A DNA stretch of 64,000 nt from Bacilli bacterium. Lineage in GTDB: Bacteria; Bacillota_I; Bacilli_A; RF39; UBA660. The notes under the pieces are model-generated. The model did no database searches and had not been told where the DNA came from. It saw nothing but the letters and a program-made list of their open reading frames with translations. The position numbers and the translations under genes are program-made. The stretch spans positions 80,520-144,519 of the forward strand of contig JAFRHI010000023.1 of NCBI GenBank assembly GCA_017433415.1, written 5' to 3'. This document shows, piece by piece, positions 17,118-22,750 of this stretch (positions within the stretch are counted from its first letter, which is position 1; each line of letters starts with the position of its first letter).

Positions 17118-18956
17118 ATGAAAAGTGGTGGAAAAACAGTAAATTTTTGGATTTTATTGTTGTTTTCTGCTGCTTTTTTAATTTTATTATTAGTTAAAAA
17201 TAATAGTTATGCAAATCCTTTAGATAATGATGTTGAAGTTGAGTTGAATTCTGAACTTATCTATTATTTAAATGTGCAATATGATGGAATAGATAAAAAT
17301 GGTATTAAATCTAACGATTCTACTATAGCTCAGATTAATAGTGACATATTATTTGTAGAAGATAAGTTACCCGAGGGATTGGAATTTGAAGGATTTATTG
17401 CTACTGGTAATGGATCGATTGGAGCAGTTAAAAGAAGTGATAATTCTGTGTGCGTTGGTAAGGTAATTGATGATACTAATGAAGAAAGTATTAATACTGG
17501 TCGTTGGAATAGTGATCATACTGAGTATACATATCATGGACTTCATTATAATTTAAGTAATAGAACTGTAACTTTTAAGGTTGAAAATTTAATGGCAGGA
17601 TGTTATTTAACTGTTGGGATTAAGACAAAGACACCTTCAACAGTTGATGATCCAATAACCCCAGAGTTAGAAAAGAGAAGAGATTTTTATAATTTTGCAA
17701 CTTCTAGGGAGAGAGGATTAACTGTAAATTCTAATACAGTTCATGCTTTTATGGGAAGTGATGATATTGCTCTATATAGTGTTAAATATGAATATAGTGG
17801 TATTGTTCCTAGTAATGCTCCAAGTTTACCACAAGAAATGAATTATGCAGCTAATTCTATCGTTAATGTGGCAGCTAATGTAGAAGTAGAGGGATACACT
17901 TTTAGTGGATGGAGTACTAGTGATGTTAGTGTTAATAATAATTCATTTAAGATGCCAGAAACTAATGTTACTCTAAGAGGTTCATTTACAAGAAAAAATA
18001 CTAATAAAGTTAGTTATTTGGTAGAAGGAGTAACACCTGGTGATTATGTAATTCCGCTTGAGAAAAATTATTATCCTGGAAGTGTAGTTTCAGTAGATAT
18101 CTTAAAAGAAGGTGACGTGTTTAATGGATATAGATTCTTAGGATGGAATGCTACTGATGTAGAAGTTAGTGAAGATTTAGATTTTGTAATGCCTGATCAT
18201 GATGTTTCTTTTACTGGTAGATTTGAAGAAGTAAAATATAAAGTTACATATCAATTCTACGATGGAGTATTACCACCAAATTCTGATAGTTATTTACCTG
18301 ATACTAAAGATTATTCTCCAGGAGAGAAAGTTACACTTGAAAGTGTTAAGAGTGAACCAGATGGTTATAGTTTCTTAGGTTGGTATAAAGAAAAAGAATT
18401 TGAAATGCCTAATTCTGATGTTACAATTTACGGAGAATGGAAATTAAAATCTGGAGAGTTTAGACCAGAGATAAAAATAGAGATAATTGATCCTAAAAAG
18501 TCATATAAAGAAGGAGATACAGTAGAATTTAGGATTATTATTAAAAATACTGAAAATTATCCAATTAAAGATGTAATAGTTAAGGAACTTAATGACGGAG
18601 TAATATTTACTGATGGCAAAGGATATGAAGTTGTATCAGATCATATAGTAAATATCGATAGATTAGATCCAAATGAAAGTATCGAATTATATTCAAATTA
18701 TAAAGTTACTAATGAAAAAGATGGAGTAATTGAGAATAAAGTTGAAATTAAAGGAGCTCTAGCTGATAATAATTATGAAATGGCTAAGGGAGATTATAGT
18801 GATAGTATAGAATTTAAAATTAAACAAGATTTAATAGTTCCTGCTGATAATACGGGAATAAGAAAGTATTTAGTACCATTAGTTTTAGCTATCATCTTAA
18901 TTGTTTCAGGTATGAGTTTAGTACTTATTACAAAACAGAAAAAAGAAAAGGTATAA
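17118..18956 (+). CDS. Secreted surface protein with four Listeria-Bacteroides repeats, a DUF11-type repeat domain and a C-terminal sorting-signal-like tail
   Basis: Signal peptide ending in 'SYA'. Repeats include 'GYTFSGWS...MPETNVTLRGSF', 'GYRFLGWN...MPDHDVSFTGRF' and 'GYSFLGWY...MPNSDVTIYGEW'. 'EGDTVEFRIIIKNTENYPIKDVIVKE' is DUF11-like. The tail is 'PADNTG' + hydrophobic stretch + 'KQKKEKV'. Confidence 0.7.
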   Translation: MKSGGKTVNFWILLLFSAAFLILLLVKNNSYANPLDNDVEVELNSELIYYLNVQYDGIDKNGIKSNDSTIAQINSDILFVEDKLPEGLEFEGFIATGNGSIGAVKRSDNSVCVGKVIDDTNEESINTGRWNSDHTEYTYHGLHYNLSNRTVTFKVENLMAGCYLTVGIKTKTPSTVDDPITPELEKRRDFYNFATSRERGLTVNSNTVHAFMGSDDIALYSVKYEYSGIVPSNAPSLPQEMNYAANSIVNVAANVEVEGYTFSGWSTSDVSVNNNSFKMPETNVTLRGSFTRKNTNKVSYLVEGVTPGDYVIPLEKNYYPGSVVSVDILKEGDVFNGYRFLGWNATDVEVSEDLDFVMPDHDVSFTGRFEEVKYKVTYQFYDGVLPPNSDSYLPDTKDYSPGEKVTLESVKSEPDGYSFLGWYKEKEFEMPNSDVTIYGEWKLKSGEFRPEIKIEIIDPKKSYKEGDTVEFRIIIKNTENYPIKDVIVKELNDGVIFTDGKGYEVVSDHIVNIDRLDPNESIELYSNYKVTNEKDGVIENKVEIKGALADNNYEMAKGDYSDSIEFKIKQDLIVPADNTGIRKYLVPLVLAIILIVSGMSLVLITKQKKEKV

Positions 18957-18971
18957 TTTCCTTTTCTTTTT
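18944..18971 (+). terminator. Rho-independent terminator overlapping the end of the surface-protein gene
   Basis: AGAAAAGG-TATAATTT-CCTTTTCT followed by TTTT. An extended -10 TGATATAAT for the next gene follows at 18977-18985. Confidence 0.6.
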
Positions 18972-19006
18972 ATTCGTGATATAATTTACTAGAGTATGGT
19001 GGTAGT

Positions 19007-20734
19007 ATGAAAGAGTTTATTAAGAATATTAAATTTGCTTGGTATTATGCTAAGAGTGAAAAGAATAAGATTATTGGATTTATTATTTGTAATTTTATTC
19101 AGTTGTTTATTGGTGTAGTAGTACCTATTATTAGTGCTAGAATAATTGTTAATTTAACTGATAATAATATTAAGCAAGTAGTATTTATGGCTTTTGTACT
19201 ATTCTTAGTAGAAAGTTTACGTAATACGATATTTATGCTTGTTAGATTTTTTGCTCAAAGAACTTATCGTGAAACTTTTACTAAGTTACAATTAGATTTA
19301 GGTAAATCTATTTTAAAATTAAAAAATTCTTGTATTGATGAAAACTCTTCAGGGGTATTTATACAAAGACTTACTAATGATACTTCAAAGATTGCGGATG
19401 TTTTTAATTTAATTAATTTTAGATTTACAGATATTCTTACTAATATTGGTATATTTTGTGCCGTATTAATTATTGATTATAGAGTTTTTATTTATTTACT
19501 TTTATGGGTTGTTATAATTGGTGTTATTGAGAGAAGAAGAGTTTCTCTTCGTAATGAAAAAGATAAAGAATTTAGAAAAGAAAATGAAAATGTATCTGGT
19601 TTTGTTGGAGAATTAGTTCGTGGTGTTCGTGATATTAAGATGCTTAGTGCAGAAAAAAGTTTTTTAAAAGAGCTACATACTAAACTAATTCATCTTAATG
19701 GTACTAGATATGAAATGACTAAAGTAGATAGAGAATATAGTTTTTTTGCAGGATTTTTAAGAGATTTTTTAGACTTCAGTATGATTTGTTTATTAGTTTA
19801 TTTAATATACGTTGGACAAATGACTATTGCAGTTGCTTTGGTTGTTCATAATTATATGTCCCATGTAATGTATATTGTTAATAGTTATAGTACTTTATTA
19901 GAAGGTATAAAAGATTTTAACTTATCAACAAATAGAATATATGCAATTATTAATAGTCGTGAGTTTCCTAAAGAAAAGTTTGGTAAGAGACATTTAGAGA
20001 ATGTTAAAGGTAATTTTGAATTTAAAGATGTTGAATTTTCTTATAATGATAAAGATATTATTCTAAAAGATTTATCTTTTAAAGTTAAAAATGGATCGAC
20101 TGTTGCTTTTGTGGGGGCTAGTGGAGCTGGTAAAACGACAATATTTAATCTTTTATGTTTAATGTATGATAATTATAAAGGATTGATATCAATTGATGGA
20201 GAAGATATAAGAGAATTAGATAAAGAATCAATTCGTGATAATATTACAGTTATTAGTCAAAATCCGTATATTTTTAATTTAAGTATTCGTGATAATTTAC
20301 GTTTAGTTAAAGACGATTTAACTGAAGAAGAGATGATTGAAGCTTGCCGTGCAGCTTGCTTGGAAGAGTTTATTATGGCTTTGCCTGATAGGTATGATAC
20401 GATTGTAGGAGAAGGTGGAGTTACTCTAAGTGGTGGACAAAGACAGAGATTAGCGATTGCTAGAGCACTAGTACAAAATACTAAAATAATTCTTTTTGAT
20501 GAAGCAACAAGTGCTCTTGATAATATTACACAGACTAAGATTGCTGAAGCTATTGAAAATTTACAAGGTAATTATACAGTTTTAATTATTGCCCATCGTC
20601 TTAGTACGATAGTTAATAGTGATAGAATACTTTTCTTAAAAGATGGTAAGATTGAAACTGAAGGTACTCATGATGAATTATTAAATAATTGTTTAGAATA
20701 CAAAGAATTGTACGATGCAGAAATAGAAAAATAA
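19007..20734 (+). CDS. ABC exporter, fused permease/ATPase (MsbA/type I exporter family), no peptidase C39 domain
   Basis: Six predicted TM helices precede the ATPase. Walker A 'GASGAGKTT', signature 'LSGGQRQR', Walker B 'ILFDEATSALD', H-loop 'IIAHRL'. Confidence 0.85.
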   Translation: MKEFIKNIKFAWYYAKSEKNKIIGFIICNFIQLFIGVVVPIISARIIVNLTDNNIKQVVFMAFVLFLVESLRNTIFMLVRFFAQRTYRETFTKLQLDLGKSILKLKNSCIDENSSGVFIQRLTNDTSKIADVFNLINFRFTDILTNIGIFCAVLIIDYRVFIYLLLWVVIIGVIERRRVSLRNEKDKEFRKENENVSGFVGELVRGVRDIKMLSAEKSFLKELHTKLIHLNGTRYEMTKVDREYSFFAGFLRDFLDFSMICLLVYLIYVGQMTIAVALVVHNYMSHVMYIVNSYSTLLEGIKDFNLSTNRIYAIINSREFPKEKFGKRHLENVKGNFEFKDVEFSYNDKDIILKDLSFKVKNGSTVAFVGASGAGKTTIFNLLCLMYDNYKGLISIDGEDIRELDKESIRDNITVISQNPYIFNLSIRDNLRLVKDDLTEEEMIEACRAACLEEFIMALPDRYDTIVGEGGVTLSGGQRQRLAIARALVQNTKIILFDEATSALDNITQTKIAEAIENLQGNYTVLIIAHRLSTIVNSDRILFLKDGKIETEGTHDELLNNCLEYKELYDAEIEK

Positions 20735-20762
20735 CAAGTTCTAGACTTGTTATTTTTTTTTT
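20733..20762 (+). terminator. Rho-independent terminator after the ABC exporter
   Basis: AACAAGT-TCTAG-ACTTGTT then A + T10. The -10 TGTTATAAT of the next gene (20762-20770) abuts it. Confidence 0.8.
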
Positions 20763-20794
20763 GTTATAATAAATGGCACTTGGGGGAAAGTAAG

Positions 20795-21562
20795 ATGGAT
20801 AAACTTGATGTTAAAAATTTATATTTAGAAGTAACAAGAGATTGTACCCTTGAATGTATTCATTGTTATAGAGGAGAGAAGGAAGATAAGTATTTATCTT
20901 TTGATGTTATTGATAAAGTGTTTAGTGGCGTAGAAAAGATTCATAAACTTTTAATAACTGGAGGAGAACCTTTTTTAGCTTTAGAACAGTTAAAGAGAAT
21001 AGCTTATAATATTCAAAAAAATGCTATTAAAATAGATAGGATTACAATAGTTACTAATGGAACAATACTTTCAAAAGAGATAATTGATTTAATTGTATAT
21101 TTTTCTAATATTTCTTATCTAGAATTGGATATATCTAGTGATAAATTTCATGAAATTGAATTAGAAAGATTAGGTCTTTTAGAAAGAAAACAGAAAAATG
21201 TTGCAAGGCTTAATGAATTATTTTCTGTTGAAGAGTTGATTCCTACAAGATATCCTAAGGTTATTCATAAATTGGGGAGAGCTATTAATCTTACAACTGA
21301 AGATCTTCATTATATTAATAATCTTGGTGACGTTCAAACAAAATATGTTTTATCTTTTGATGAAGAATTAGAAAAGATGCGTGCTAAATATAGAGAATTA
21401 AGTTTTGATGGTTCTTTTATAGATGGTTATTTATATATCGATGTTAATGGTAATATTGTTCCAGCTTATGCTTCTTTTAAGGAAGAAGATGAAAATGTAT
21501 ATAGTAGTTTAGAAGGAAAAACTTTAGTAAAAGCTATTAGAGATATTAAGATTAGTAATTAA
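20795..21562 (+). CDS. Small radical SAM enzyme (255 aa) lacking SPASM/twitch cysteines
   Basis: CX3CX2C in 'TRDCTLECIHCY' and the SAM-binding 'LLITGGEPFL'. The C-terminus 'YLYIDVNGNIVPAYASF' looks like the start of a SPASM region, but no Cys residues remain. The ATG at 20795 follows GGGGGAAAG. Confidence 0.7.
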   Translation: MDKLDVKNLYLEVTRDCTLECIHCYRGEKEDKYLSFDVIDKVFSGVEKIHKLLITGGEPFLALEQLKRIAYNIQKNAIKIDRITIVTNGTILSKEIIDLIVYFSNISYLELDISSDKFHEIELERLGLLERKQKNVARLNELFSVEELIPTRYPKVIHKLGRAINLTTEDLHYINNLGDVQTKYVLSFDEELEKMRAKYRELSFDGSFIDGYLYIDVNGNIVPAYASFKEEDENVYSSLEGKTLVKAIRDIKISN

Positions 21563-21662
21563 AAACTTAAGTAAAAAATATTTTTCTTCGTATATTTTAA
21601 ATGGAACATTTAGTTGTTGGGTGTCTACCTTCTTATCTTCTAGAAGAAAGGAGGTTGATAAA

Positions 21663-21755
21663 ATGAAAACTAAAACTTTTATTGTAAAAGTTTTAAGATT
21701 TATTTCTATCATTTTATTCCTTTTAATCATTTTGATTATAGTAATAAAAAAATGA
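21663..21755 (+). CDS. Unannotated 30-aa hydrophobic peptide MKTKTFIVKVLRFISIILFLLIILIIVIKK (type I toxin-like)
   Basis: AAGGAGG (21648-21654) lies 8 nt before the ATG. The peptide has a single TM-length hydrophobic core flanked by Lys and ends in TGA. A paralogue sits in the next module. It is below the 60-aa cutoff of the ORF track. Confidence 0.6.
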   Translation: MKTKTFIVKVLRFISIILFLLIILIIVIKK

Positions 21756-21827
21756 CACTTAAGTCTATGACTTAAATGTCTACCACATTTTTAAGGTAGG
21801 CATTCAGCGTAAAAAACTGAATGTTCC
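21744..21827 (-). ncRNA. Predicted antisense (antitoxin-like) sRNA of module 1
   Basis: On the minus strand, TAAAAT (21839-21834) inside the conserved 3' block is a possible -10. The minus-strand intrinsic terminator GACATTTAAGTC-ATA-GACTTAAGTGTC + ATTTTTTTATT (21780-21744) overlaps the peptide's last codons. The end points are predictions only. Confidence 0.35.
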
Positions 21828-22015
21828 CTTTTAATTTTATGCAAGATGTCTTGCTAAATACATAGTAGCATATTTTAATATTCTTGTAAATTATTATTGA
21901 TATTTATTATAGATTAAAAATTTAAGTGAAAAAATATTTTTTTCGTATATTTTAAATGGAACATTTGATATGAGTGTCATCCTCTAATCTTTTTAAAGAA
22001 AGGAGGTAGATGATA

Positions 22016-22108
22016 ATGGAGACTAAAGCTTTTATTTTGGAAGTTTTAAAATTTCTTTCTATAATTTTATTACTTTCTACCTTACTGGTATTAGTCATAA
22101 AAAAATAG
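22016..22108 (+). CDS. Unannotated 30-aa hydrophobic peptide METKAFILEVLKFLSIILLLSTLLVLVIKK (type I toxin-like paralogue)
   Basis: AGGAGG (22001-22006) lies 9 nt before the ATG. It has the same length and the same K-x-F-I...VIKK frame as the module 1 peptide, and ends in TAG. Confidence 0.6.
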   Translation: METKAFILEVLKFLSIILLLSTLLVLVIKK

Positions 22109-22179
22109 ACACTCATTTGCATAGATAGAGTGTCATACCTAATATAGAGGAGACATTTATGCAGACTCAAATGTTCCTC
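22097..22179 (-). ncRNA. Predicted antisense (antitoxin-like) sRNA of module 2
   Basis: Minus-strand TAAAAT (22191-22186) is a possible -10. The minus-strand terminator is GACACTC-13 nt-GAGTGTC + TATTTTTTTAT (22134-22097). The end points are predictions only. Confidence 0.35.
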
Positions 22180-22262
22180 TTTTTAATTTTATGCAAGAGG
22201 TCTTGCTAAATACATAGTAGCATAAAAGTAGTTTGTTGTCAAAATACACTCTCTAAAAACAA

Positions 22263-22291
22263 TTGACATTTATTTGGAAAAGATATATATT
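22263..22291 (+). promoter_or_regulatory. Sigma-A promoter of the glyQS leader
   Basis: TTGACA (22263-22268), a 17-nt spacer, then TATATT (22286-22291). Confidence 0.65.
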
Positions 22292-22297
22292 TATTAC

Positions 22298-22414
22298 ATA
22301 AGTGTGATGACGGGTGTGGAAAGCCAAGAGCAGTATATTAAGAGTTGATTCTTCTAGAATAAGTAAGGTGGAACCGCGGAGAAATTCGTCCTTACAAATT
22401 CTAGAAGTTTTTTT
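22298..22414 (+). promoter_or_regulatory. Compact T-box leader (glycine-type acceptor match) with terminator
   Basis: T-box sequence AAGTAAGGTGGAACCGCGG (22361-22379). The antiterminator is GTAAGG / bulge TGGAACC / GCGGA-GAAA-TTCGT / CCTTAC (22363-22395). The helix extension is TTCTAGAAT (22352-22360) / ATTCTAGAA (22398-22406), followed by T7 (22408-22414). The UGGA bulge fits a U73 tRNA-Gly. A TGTGATGA K-turn-like motif lies at 22303-22310. Confidence 0.7.
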
Positions 22415-22429
22415 GTTAAAGGAGGTATT

Positions 22430-22750
22430 ATGAAATTATTTATTAGTGGATATATTAATAATTTTCCTGAAAAATTTAATGATTTTGAACTTGCTGATAA
22501 TATTAGTGAAGCTAATATGGTATTAATATTACCTGGTGGAGTCGGGACGATGCATGACTTATTTAAATCTGTTAATGATGGTAAAAGAGTAATTGTTTAT
22601 AATAAGGATTTTTTCTATACTCCGATAATAAAGAAATTGTTTGAATTGTATGAAGAAGGAATTGAATTAAGACGTCCATCTGAATATATGGAGATAGAAA
22701 GTGAAATGGATGAAATAATTAAGAAATTGGAGGATAATAAATATGAGTAA
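22430..22750 (+). CDS. Small LOG/TIGR00725-like Rossmann-fold protein (truncated relative to LOG family)
   Basis: 106 aa. 'ANMVLILPGGVGTMHDLF' resembles the PGGxGTxxE motif of LOG / lysine-decarboxylase-like proteins. RBS AAAGGAGG. Its stop overlaps the glyQS start (ATATGAGTAA). Confidence 0.45.
   Translation: MKLFISGYINNFPEKFNDFELADNISEANMVLILPGGVGTMHDLFKSVNDGKRVIVYNKDFFYTPIIKKLFELYEEGIELRRPSEYMEIESEMDEIIKKLEDNKYE

Larger units (their letters stand above)
21561..21872 (+). repeat. Module 1 of a tandem pair of type I toxin-antitoxin-like units
   Basis: The 5' block AAAAACTTAAGTAAAAAATATTTTTCTTCGTATATTTTAAATGGAACATTT and the 3' block AATGTTCCCTTTTAATTTTATGCAAGATGTCTTGCTAAATACATAGTAGCATA are nearly identical to those of module 2. 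The interior is diverged but colinear. Confidence 0.85.
21916..22224 (+). repeat. Module 2 of the tandem type I toxin-antitoxin-like pair
   Basis: Same order of elements as module 1. The conserved blocks lie at 21916-21965 and 22169-22224. Confidence 0.85.

Noticed and set aside
21663-22108. The two 30-aa peptides as RiPP precursors for the adjacent radical SAM enzyme
   Set aside because: They have no Cys and no Ser/Thr/Gly-rich core or leader/core organisation. Each has its own promoter, terminator and antisense terminator, and a terminator and promoter separate the rSAM gene from the exporter. The idea is kept only as an alternative in the findings.
21524-22170. Minus-strand track ORFs of 68 aa (21524-21730) and 72 aa (21952-22170)
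   Set aside because: They run antisense through the SD and coding sequence of the 30-aa peptide genes and lack SDs of their own. Their 'conservation' is explained by the plus-strand modules. Each also crosses the conserved plus-strand promoter block of its module.
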